A DNA stretch of 49,530 bases, the filler included, from Catajapyx aquilonaris (Eukaryota), in the NCBI GenBank assembly GCA_000934665.2. It is 3 parts of 3 records of this genome, joined end to end, with 100 filler letters (N's around TTAATTAATTAA, not from the genome) between each part and the next. Parts side by side here need not be neighbours in the genome. Positions count along the whole stretch, not along the records: positions 16,540 to 32,995 come from JYFJ02007202.1; positions 33,096 to 49,530 come from JYFJ02007203.1; 1 more part is not named here. One strand, given 5' to 3'. Under the pieces are notes generated by a model. The model had not been told where the DNA came from. It ran no database searches and was given only the letters and a program-made list of their open reading frames with translations. The translations under genes were made by a program, and so were the position numbers. Of this stretch, positions 25,270 through 35,379 are shown piece by piece; position 1 is the stretch's first letter; every line of letters starts with the position of its first letter.

Positions 25270-26110
25270 AAGGGAAACTGCCGTTTGGAGGGAAACTCAT
25301 GATCCTTGGGGGCGATTTCAGGCAGGTCTTGCCAGTGCTACCAAATGGGTCGCGTGCTCAGATTCTTCGCAAGTGTCTGAAATGGAGTCCCCTGTGGACT
25401 CATTTCCAGCAAAAGCATCTGACAGTGAACATGCGAGCCAGACCCGAGGAAATTTCCTACTCTCAATGGTTGCTGCAGTTAGCCGCTGGAACCCTACCAC
25501 CTGTGCAAAACCCAAAGACAGAGTCCTCGGTTGTCATTCCCGAGGAATGTGTCAGCAAAGATGTAGTGAGAGACTTATTTGGACATGTATTTTTTTGGGA
25601 TGATGCTCGAATGCCCGAACGTGTCGTGTTGTGTCCAACCAACGAAGACGCTAGGCTCATCAATGAGCAGGTTATTCTTAAATTGGGAGGCCAACTGGTC
25701 ACTTACAAGAGCATCGAGGATGTGGTGGGAGCCACCGAGGGAGAAGACCAAGATATGCTCGATCAAATGTATCCTGTTGAATTTCTAAACAGTGTAAATC
25801 CGAATGGCCTCCCACCAACATCATTTAAATTTGAAAAGAGGCGCTGTTGTCATGCTAATTAGAAATCTATGCATTGGTCTTGGTCTTTGCAATGGGACAA
25901 GGCTCACCATCATTGACATGTAGTCCAAAGTTATAAAATGTAAAATTATTTCAGGCGTGTTCAAAGGAACCGAACACTTCATTCCATGCATTACTCTCAG
26001 TACGGCACATGATGTCAATGTCCCATTCAACCTTTGTCGAAGGCAATTTCCACGAAAGTTGGCCTACGCCATGACCATCAACAAGGCACAGGGACAAACT
26101 CTGGACAGAT
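25270..26110 (+). pseudogene. Helitron RepHel PIF1-like helicase fragment
   Basis: PFGGKLMILGGDFRQVLPV, LTVNMR, LCPTN, EFLNS..PNGLPP, VMLIRNL..GLCNGTRL, RRQFP..LAYAMTINKAQGQTL. Frameshift near 25820 and in-frame TAG at 25921-25923. Confidence 0.92.
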
Positions 26111-27874
26111 ATGGTCGCCATTGGCCGATTTGCACACGTTATGTTGCCGTTTACATGTGACAAGCTCCCTTGATCACAAACCAATCGGAGCTCGAATTCT
26201 TGACAGACGCATGCGCACTATGCCGGGATGCTGGATGGTGTAAACTCATTCTGATTGGTTCCAAACTGGTACTGTATGCCATGTGCGGAAAGTTCAAAAT
26301 TGTTCGAAAGTTAAAAATTAATATATTATTTATTTTAAAAAAATTAAATGTAAAATTCAAATATTTATTCAAAAATTCAAAGATAGGGGATGTTGGTGGC
26401 ACCGCTTCCCGAGGGCTCGTCGGTAAATGTGATTAACATTTTTCACCTTTGTCTCAGTCATAATGGCGGGTTGCTGGTCGGCCTTTTACCGACGCTCCCT
26501 TTGATCCACCTTCATCAGGCTGGCCCCTGGTCGTCCTTTCGCCCCCTCGGAGGAGCACCGGGTGCGGCCCTGGGATCCAGCCGAAGAGGCCAGGCTACAG
26601 ACGAGGGACTCGCGGGGGCAGATGATGTGAGATAGAGACCGAATGGATGATGATCGTCTTCTCCGCCCCGAGGCCGCCCTCGGGTCATTATAAAGGTGAA
26701 GTTGGACTGATGTATCTGCCCAACAATACTGTCCGTATACGTCTGTGCATGCGCTGCAGGCCAACAAATGTTATTATTGTGGCTTGGCCAATCGCTGAGA
26801 ATGTGCTTGGCAAAGCCACAATAACATTTGTCGGAAATATTTTTCAGAACCCGGCAACCGCACATTGAATGTTATTGTGTGTTCTCGACAAAATTGTGGT
26901 TAGAGTGACATTTTAATACTAATTTGAAGTAATCTTTTCAGATCAGCGCCTTTTCCTTCCCATTACCCTGCCTTATTGTAGTCTACCCCTTCAACCTATT
27001 CGAGCACAAACTTGTTTAGGGTCTACCATTGAGCAACGTACAGCCAAACTGGTCAAGGGCAGCCCCGGGGTCACACCCTCCCTCACTTGACTCCGTGTAG
27101 CTGAGGACTATATGATATAAGAATCAAAAAGTAATTCACAGCTTTTTAAATTCCAAAGCTTCAATACAGAAATTAAAATTCTTTTTGTCTAATTATTTAT
27201 TGTCTTTTTTGTCTGCACAGTAAATTGCAAAGCATTAAAAGGGCATCACTACACCAATACCGTGGCACATTATGTGAGAAGTGTATGGAACATTATAATG
27301 GAGCCTTAATAAGTGAGGGCTTATTAATAGCTTAATGCTCACTTAATGCTTTGCGGTTTACAGTGTACTTATTTTTATGCTGTCACATTGAATGTCCAAC
27401 ATTTTTGTGCACATATATTCTTTTTGCCCAATTATTTTTTTATTGTATCCCAGTCAATGTCACTCACTTGCTACAGAAATTATATATTGTGCAGTAACTT
27501 TTATGCTCTCACCTTCCATGTCGAACATTTTTATATGCAGATGTTTTGTCTAATTATTTTTTTATTTCTTATTAATCAATTGGTACAGATTTCTTTTGCC
27601 TAGTTATTTTTATGATCTCATCACATACAATGTCAAACAGTTTGGTACACATATTCTTTTTGTCTAATTATTTTTGTTATCATAAAGAATGCTTACTCAA
27701 TTACAAAAAAGCAAAAAACAAGAAAAAAGAGAAACAGAAAAGAAAAATAGTAATTTTCATGCTGGTATTGAATGTCAAACATTATCGTACACATATATTC
27801 TTTTTGTTTAATTATTTTTTATTCTGTCTCAGTCAATATGCTACTCATTTGGTACAGAAATTATTTTTTGTTCG

Positions 27875-28047
27875 CACTGTAAATTGCAAAGCGTTAAAGG
27901 AAAATCACTACTGCCCTCGTCTATGGAGCATTATGTAAGAACTGCATGGAACATTATTACTGTCAATAATGGATCATTAAGTGGGCATTAATTTTTAAAT
28001 GCTTAATGCTCACTCAATGCTCACTTAATGCTTTGCAGTTTACAGTG
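27875..28047. mobile_element. CACTA/EnSpm-type MITE (other copies at 27216-27365, 28762-28918, 29712-30196)
   Basis: TIRs CACTGTAAATTGCAAAGC(G/A)TTAA / TTAATGCTTTGCAGTTTACAGTG. Confidence 0.7.
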
Positions 28048-28097
28048 TGATTATTTTTATGCTCTCACATGGAATGTCAAACATTTTCGTACACATA

Positions 28098-28677
28098 CGA
28101 GGGACATTCAGAAAGTCACTTTATTATTTTTTATGCCACAAATGTAGGGCCCATGCAGGTCGGCAGATAGGCACACATTATCAATAGAACCCTACTGGAG
28201 CCAAATGCACTGGCACCAAGTGTGTGGCAACCTCTCCAGGCCCTCCTGGAACTACTTTTTGGAGGTGCGGCTCACCCCCTCCCGGACAACTGCTCACAGT
28301 CAACAATGTCCTGAAAATGCCGTTGACGAGTTTTTTTCTTTCATGGATCAGGCTTTGAGTGCTTCCATACCCCCAGAAATCCCCCACCCTGGATCCCTGT
28401 GACTTTGAACTGTTCGGATCCATGAAAAAAAAAACCCCTTCACCGATGCCATTTTCAAGACATTGTTGGTTGTGAGCAGTTGTCTGGGTGTGGGTGCGCC
28501 GCATCTCCAAAAAGTGGTTCCTGGAGGGCCCGTTAGTAGGGGTTGACACACCCGTGGGGAGCCAGTGCATTCGGCTTCTTTCAGGAGGATTCTATTGATA
28601 ATGTGTGCCTATCTGCCAACCTGCATGGGCCTGTACGTATTTGTGGCAAAAAAATAAGGACTTTTTGAACACCCTCG
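28098..28677. mobile_element. Mariner-type palindromic MITE
   Basis: TA|CGAGGG...CCCTCG|TA termini with about 250-bp diverged inverted arms. Confidence 0.85.
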
Positions 28678-29027
28678 TACATAATTTTTGTCCCAGTATA
28701 TTATTTTTTATTCTGTCTCAGTCAATGCTATTCATTTTGTACAGATATTATTTTTTGTCTGCAGTGTAAATTGCAAAGCATTAAAAAGAAGATATCATCA
28801 CTACTGCATCTCCCATAGAGCATCAATTTTTAATGCTCTTGCAATGCGCTTGCATGAGCAACTCACATTCAGGAGCGATGCTCTTGTAATGGTTTGTTGT
28901 GCTTTGCGCTTTACAGTGTAGTTATTTTTATGCTCACACATTCAATGTCAACCATTTTTGTACACATGCTATTTTTGTCTTATTATTTTTATATTTATAC
29001 TGTCATGTGCCATGTTACTCAATTACA

Positions 29028-29216
29028 TAAAAGGAAAAAAAAGGAAAAAAAGAAAAAGAAAAAAATGGAAAAAAAGAAAACAAAAAAGAAAAAAAGAAAA
29101 AGAGAAAAAAATGGAAAAAAGGAAAACAAAAAAGAAAAATAAAAAAGGAAAAAAAGAACAAACAAAAGAGGTAGAAAAAACACCAAAAAAGAAAAAAATA
29201 GAAAAATTAAAAAGAA
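29028..29216. repeat. A-rich low-complexity tract
   Basis: (GAAAAAA)n-like sequence; the Lys-rich and Phe-rich ORFs here are artefacts of composition. Confidence 0.9.
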
Positions 29217-29428
29217 GGGTAATTTTTAAATTAATGCTATCACATTGAATGTAAAACATTTTTGTTCCCATAATGTTCTTTTTGTCTAATTATTTTTTTA
29301 TTCTACCATATTCAATGATAGGTGATTTTTTGTCTAGTTATTTTTATGATCTCACATTCAATGTCGTCAAACATTTTCGTACACTTTCTTTTTGTCTAAT
29401 TATTTTTTATTTCATCGTATATATAATC

Positions 29429-29675
29429 CGGTGGTTCCCAACCTGCCGGCCGCGACCTCCAAGGGGGTTGCAAAGCCTCTTCCAGGAGGTCGCACGGTGG
29501 TCACGCTAATTTTTACCTGCAATAAATTTCATAGGAAATTTTACCACGAAGGTTTTTTGATCTTATATGTCTACACTACATTAATAATTATCTTTTACTG
29601 ATACTACGGGGGGGTCGGAGGTGACTTGACTAACATGAAAGGAGGTCACAACCCGAAGAAGGTCGGGAACCACTG
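29429..29675. mobile_element. hAT (Charlie-like) MITE
   Basis: TIRs C(G)GTGGTTCCCAACCT / AGGTCGGGAACCACTG. Perfect 8-bp TSD ATATAATC at 29421-29428 and 29676-29683. Confidence 0.9.
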
Positions 29676-29751
29676 ATATAATCACCTGGTAGAGAAATTA
29701 TTTTTTGTCTACACTGTGAACTGAAAACTATTCAAAAAGCATCATTACTGA

Positions 29752-30018
29752 GGTTTGGTTTAGGTTTACATTTATTAAGAAGCCAAAGCAACTGTGGCTA
29801 TCTGGCTATATAAGAAGACGCAAAGGTGGGACAGATGGAGATAAAAATGAAGAGAGAAAAAAGAAGAGAGGAAAGGCTGGTGTCTCGCTTAGTCTGTCTC
29901 CTATCCTAAAGACATGTCCTATACTTGGGTAGATTAAGACACCACTGGCATAGCTCTTGGGGTCATGGGAGAAACGCAAGCAGCAGCACCACGACAAGGG
30001 GAAGATACCATCGGGAGG
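29752..30018 (-). mobile_element. SINE-like retroelement, second long copy, inserted in a CACTA MITE
   Basis: Colinear with 24887-25155, with a short internal deletion. Confidence 0.75.
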
Positions 30019-30399
30019 ATTACTACAGAGTCTCCCATGGAGTACATCAAGTCTTAATGCTCTTGTAATACCAGTACGCTACTAAAGCTCTTCTAGTGCT
30101 TAGGTAATTATTGATCTTGTAATACTTATGATTGCTAAAAGGCAACAAAAAGCATTACAAGAACATTAAAATACACCATCAAAGCGGTTTACAGTGTAGT
30201 TATTTTTCATGTTATTTTTTTATGGTCTCCCATTCATTGTCAAACATTTTCATACACACATTCTTTTTGTTCGATTATTTTTTAAATCTACCGTATCATA
30301 TTCAATGCCACTCGGTACAGATGTTTTTTTTTTGGTCAAAGTTTAGTTATAACACCCAACCTCATTTTAATCTGCATTGCTGAAGATGATGATATTCAT

Positions 30400-31700
30400 T
30401 CTGTCCAAAGAAACTCACAGCCAACGTGACCCAGGGGCAGTCCACCTTGGCCCACCTTGCTCATGTTGCTAAGGGACATGTCAAGAGTCTTTGGGGTGAC
30501 CCAACTTAGTAATGCCCTGCACACATATTAGATTAACAGAGTTGCAAATCCAGTGAATACTTGAAAGACAACCCAGGATAAGATCAACCAAAGTCCAGAC
30601 CCATGCCAGACCCATCACCGCTTAATCCCTGGGCCCATCGTCCCCATGGAGTCCACTAGCTACCTTCCTTATGAAGATGACGGTCCCAGCTTGTGTATAT
30701 TGTCGGCCCATCCTCCTCATCTTCCTCGTCTCTGCTGTCGTCCTTTCCCCTCCTCTACCCCTCCGAGCCAGCAGATCCAGCACGGCGATGGAAGTCCAGC
30801 CACCCCTGCACCCTCGCTGGCAAGCCATCGCAGACCAGCAGCAAAGGGAGATCCCACGGTGCTTCACCTGACAGCCCCAGACGAAGTCCGCCTTGTCCTT
30901 CTTCTTCCTGCATACGTAATGGGAAGGATTGCAACCAAAACTATATGGTCCTGCAGTCAGGTGACGAGGCCTGGATCCAGGTAAATCTCCAGAACTCTTA
31001 TGGCCTCCTGTTAGTAGGGGACAAACATTATTTTTGCAATACATGTCTAAAACTATGGAGACATGTTAGCTTTCATAGAAAAAAAAACCGTTAAACAGGA
31101 ATGTCCCTTCAGTCTTTATATTTCCAGGTTATGTCTCGAGCCCGTCCTAACGACCAGTTGACGACATGCCGGGCTTCCAAACCAGTCCTCTCAATGGCCT
31201 TGGCAGAGAGACCGCAGATCAGGAGGCGCTGGTCTTCCCCGTAGGCCTGTGGAAGATGCAGCTGGAATCTTCCAACAGCAATGTGGTGAAGAGCGGGGCA
31301 GGGGAAGCTTCTTGTGTCAAGGGGCTTAGGTGACGTTTATGGCCCTTGCCACTTCCTCCAGCTTGCTTGTGATGAGAGGAGGGTCCGGATCATGGCCTGT
31401 TGAGGAAAAAAAAAATTTAATGAGGCGTAGCCTATATGAGTCCCACCAAGAGCTCTTGGTCGCACATGCAAGTCCCAGACGTGATGATCTGGTGATCGCT
31501 AAGCAATTCGATGCCTGGTGTCTCCCATTCTTCTACCTCCAACCCCCTGCTCCAATTTCAGGTAAACTGTACCTTGTGCAGTGATTAAGACCCATCTTGG
31601 GATAGTTCGATCGAGTCAGGTCCCACTGAGTCGCCAAGCCCCTGGGAGAATCCAGCCTGTCTCCCCAGTCGATAGAGTGAGCGTTGAAGTCTCCCACAGG
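30400..31700 (-). mobile_element. Decayed non-LTR retrotransposon (APE type, possibly R1/I group)
   Basis: VGDFNAHSIDWG endonuclease motif at about 31665-31698; IT..EEVARAI linker near 31340-31375; Cys-containing C-terminal-like remnant near 30880-30930. Boundaries are approximate. Confidence 0.55.
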
Positions 31701-31844
31701 TTATGCGTGTAAGTATGTCATCTCGCCTTGAAATATCTCCTGCTTCGGCTACCAGCGAAAATTAGCAGGTGTCATTTTTACATGCAACACTTTTAAAGCA
31801 TCGCCAACATTTCCATTGCTTCTGATTGATGAAGACATCATCTG

Positions 31845-31984
31845 GACACATAGGTATTAATTGGATTGTATTGTTTGTTGCCAGTTGTGCCAACCCACGT
31901 GTTGTTGACAGTCAATAAAGGTTCAGTTGGCACTTGGAGTTGGCACAAACTGACATCCAACAGTACAATCCAATTACCTGTGTC
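31845..31984. repeat. Imperfect inverted repeat with about 50-bp arms
   Basis: GACACATAGGT..AATTGGATTGTATTGTT..GTGCCAAC pairs with GTTGGCAC..AACAGTACAATCCAATTACCTGTGTC. Confidence 0.6.
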
Positions 31985-32659
31985 TGTAGACCGGTCCACC
32001 CTGGTATAAAGAATACACAGTTGGCTACCAGTAGCCTTTCACTGTTGACCACCAACTTCGTACACATGTTGGGAACAATCATCTGGTGAATTTGGGAGCC
32101 ATTTTCGCAGCAGCGTTGGAGAAGAGTGCGGGTAACGGCAGTACAGCACAATCCTCAAGTGTGACACAGTCTCAACAGCAACAAAATATTACTCAACCTC
32201 CTTGCTATCACTGCCTTTGACAACATGCTGGAGCAACAATGCATCTCCCATCTACTCGTATTGTTAGATCTCCAAGATTTGACAGCCCACCAGTAGATGA
32301 GCTCACTCAAAAGAAAAGATTTTGCCCGGGAATTTGAATCAGAGTTGGTCCGCTCGTCATGCGTATGAGACGGTTTCGGACCACGCAGAAAAATTGAGTG
32401 ATAGGAACAAGATGCATATACTGTGTGTATCCATCTTGAATAGGAATGAAGGGATCCCTGCATTTTGGTCATTTGGGGGGTGATTTTTTGGACAATTTTT
32501 AAAGCACTTTCATTGAGTCGCCAGGTACTAAATTGGGTGCTTCCTATTAGTTTAGGGTCCAGAGAAGCTTTGAAAAATAGCCAAAACTAAAAATCGCATT
32601 ATTCAGTAGGGTCTGCCCTTAAAAAGTTATTGAGGAATGTTTGGGTTTCCATTTGGGAG

Positions 32660-32820
32660 AATCACCCTGTACAACTATTAATATTTACAGATGTTGTTTT
32701 GCTTGCAAATCATCAACTGTATCTTCAGAAATTAACTGATAGGGCCTACCAATATTTTAATACCTTGCAATTACAGGTTAACGTGTCGAAAACCAAGGTA
32801 ACACTTTTTAGAAAAGTAGG
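32660..32820 (+). pseudogene. LINE reverse transcriptase fragment
   Basis: LLIFTDVVLLA....LQKL.D....YF...QLQVNVSKTKV..F: a degenerate YADD region followed by the L.VN..KTK motif. Confidence 0.75.
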
Positions 32821-32995
32821 CTCAGCCAGCAGGCCTGGCATTTTGAAAGAGAAGGTGATGATTATTATCAAGAGTAAATAATACAGAGTGACTGACTTCC
32901 TATGCTGTTCCATACTGGCCGTGTGCTCATCTCTTTGGTGGAACTGTCGCCTCCCCATGAGGCCGCGGCCGTTTTCGTAAACCTGCTTTCCATAA

Positions 32996-33095
32996 NNNNN
33001 NNNNNNNNNNNNNNNNNNNNNNNNNNNNNNNNNNNNNNNTTAATTAATTAANNNNNNNNNNNNNNNNNNNNNNNNNNNNNNNNNNNNNNNNNNNN
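32996..33095. other. Artificial contig spacer (N44-TTAATTAATTAA-N44)
   Basis: Identical in structure to the 16440-16539 spacer. Confidence 0.97.
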
Positions 33096-33507
33096 GGATA
33101 ATTTTTATTGGACGTTCTTAATATTTCACGAAATAAAATTTTTAAATCATGTCCTCTGAGTAGTGAAAACCTGGGCTGGAAAGTTGAGAATTCGCAATTT
33201 CTGCATTTGAAGTGGCCACAGCACTACAGAAGGCACTAGGTACCTTCCCGAATTATTTTCACATTTTTCTGACAATGGTAGACGATGGCCATTATAATAA
33301 GTAGGTCTAACTCAAAAATTGGCAATCGTCTACAATTATCTGAAAAATTAACTTGAGAATAATATTTTTGAAAATTTCCTATAGTGCCCGCTGTGCCATT
33401 TCAAATGCAAAAATTGCAAATCATCAACTTTCCAGCCTAGGTTATCACTACTCAAAAGGACATTAAAAACCAGTTTCATGATTAAGAACGTCCAATAAAA
33501 ATAATCA
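33096..33507. mobile_element. Palindromic MITE-like element, possibly truncated by the contig end
   Basis: ATTTTTATTGGACGTTCTTAAT...CTGGAAAGTTGA pairs with TCAACTTTCCAG...ATTAAGAACGTCCAATAAAAAT. Confidence 0.7.
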
Positions 33508-33928
33508 TGTCACACGGAAAAACCAACCTTGGAAGAAATCATTTTTTTTACAATGCCCAATTTTTGAGTCAACTAATTCGCAAACTGAAACTTAACGAGT
33601 TCAATTCTAGTGGAACCTCATGACTATACCCTTGTCAAGTGGGGTACAATGGGCCAGCTCGTCTGAACACGTCAGTTGACAGTTTCAGTTAATTATTTTG
33701 ACTTGAAAAATGTGGCATATTCTGCAATTATGGCAAAAAAATCTGAGCCTCCTGGAGCTATTTTAAATGTAGAAAATTCGCCAAAAATTTACAATCCTGA
33801 TTTTCACCACAGCAACATGAAAAATTGGGACTCCGGTTTTACCATATCTACAATCCCCACTGGAAAAACACAGGGATTGGCAGGAAAATTGATGAGGGTC
33901 AGAGGGTTTGTGTTTGTCAGGTACTCAC

Positions 33929-34445
33929 CCGAGTTGGCGGTCGTCAAGTGCTTCAAGTCGACAACGCCGCCCGAGGACCTTTTGTCAGGGTCGATGCTGG
34001 AGACGTCTGCAGTCCTCGATCCCAAAAGTGCTGGCCTTCACACAGTGTTGTCTCACAGTCTGGAAACAATACTCAATAATAATATATGCTGCAGTATTTC
34101 ACTAGTGGATGTGCTTGACTGGTTCAATGGCATAGTACGTACTCGCACAATGCATCCACTACCCCCCAGCAATATGCTTACCATATGGTGCAGGTCATCA
34201 GAGAGAACCTTCTCGATGTAACTCCAGGCTGGGAAAGAAAGAGGGGAGGTGCTACAGAGGGGAAGTTCAAAGTCTCCTTACCCACCCACCCCTTGGTGGT
34301 ATGTCTTATCTACAGCAAAATGCCTTGATTTGAGCTAGTTCGATGCAGCTGGACAGGCAGCTAGAGTTGAACACGTACCCTTCAAGGACTCGTCCTCGAG
34401 TACAGTGCAATGCATGATGGTCCATTCATCAGAATGACGACAATT
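33929..34445 (-). other. Chain of three small putative exons (34445-34379, 34228-34182, 34059-33929), product unknown
   Basis: GT-AG boundaries (donors gtacgt, gtaagc, gtgagt) with phase-consistent splicing. Confidence 0.35.
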
Positions 34446-34797
34446 CTACATATTGAACGAAGGTCAGCTTTTGTCACACACAAATCATGTGGTGCATAGC
34501 CTGCTATGCCTATACGTCACTTCTGGACATATTTTAACCCTGTCTAATAACCTGCTGGTCCAATCGTCCTACAGGAATTTTTAATTAATTAATTAATTAA
34601 TATTATTGTTGTGAGTACGCCTTGAAGCAAATGACTTCAATGGTCTTCAATGATGGTGAAACACTTTAAATCACCATACATTATTGCAACTTCTGCTCGG
34701 GTTGGAAGGGGAATTATAATAAAGTGGGGGCATCTCATGAGTGGATGTATAATATACAAAATGGACACGACGAATTTCATTGAACATTGTTTTCATC

Positions 34798-34803
34798 TTT
34801 ATT
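34798..34803 (-). promoter_or_regulatory. Candidate polyadenylation signal of the spondin gene
   Basis: AATAAA on the minus strand about 410 nt downstream of the stop codon. Confidence 0.45.
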
Positions 34804-35209
34804 GGCACAATGTGGTTTGTGACAATAGCCACTTATTATCAGTCATAAAATATCAGTAATAAAGAATTCCCTAACATGCTGACAACTATATGATATTCTC
34901 CACTTATCCAGCACATAACTTACATTCGTGTAAATAACAAGCACATCCAATTTTCCTTCATAGAAAAGAAAACCACTTTCACTACCTCTGATATCCATTA
35001 TGAAATGATAACAAGTCAGCCCATCAGTGAGACTAAACTCGTCATAATATTTTTACCTCACACATGACAGTACAAGAATGATGTGTTGAGCTGACTGGCT
35101 ATTATTCCATACTGTTCACCTACACCACAGGAAGACCAGAACATGTCCACTGTACGTAAAATTCACACTAGTGTCCGATATGTCATGAAAAAATGGTTCA
35201 AAGAGAAAG

Positions 35210-35379
35210 TTAGCACGCTGGTGTGGCACAGAACCTGTGCTGGTCATAAGCTCTGCACTTCTTCCCTCCGTGTCTTGGGTTGGATATCTTCTTCCTTTTG
35301 CGCACTTGCGACCCACCTGACCCGCAGGATGGGCTGCACGGTGACCATTGGGACCACTCACCCATCACACAGTCTATTG
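35210..35379 (-). CDS. spon1: F-spondin last coding exon (final TSP1 repeat)
   Basis: IDCVMGEWSQWSPCSPSCGSGGSQVRKRKKISNPRHGGKKCRAYDQHRFCATPAC*. This frame is missing from the ORF track. Confidence 0.92.

Larger units (their letters stand above)
27180..30350. repeat. Degenerate AT-rich composite tandem array
   Basis: Recurrent unit TTATTTTTATGCTCTCACATTCAATGTCAAACATTTTCGTACACATATTCTTTTTGTCTAATTATTTT alternating with CACTGTAAA...TTTACAGTG units. Confidence 0.8.

Noticed and set aside
28894..29271. Lys-rich and Phe-rich ORFs
   Set aside because: Translation artefacts of the A-rich tract.
34581..34600. TTAATTAATTAA run as a third linker
   Set aside because: Not flanked by Ns; a natural (TTAA)n microsatellite.
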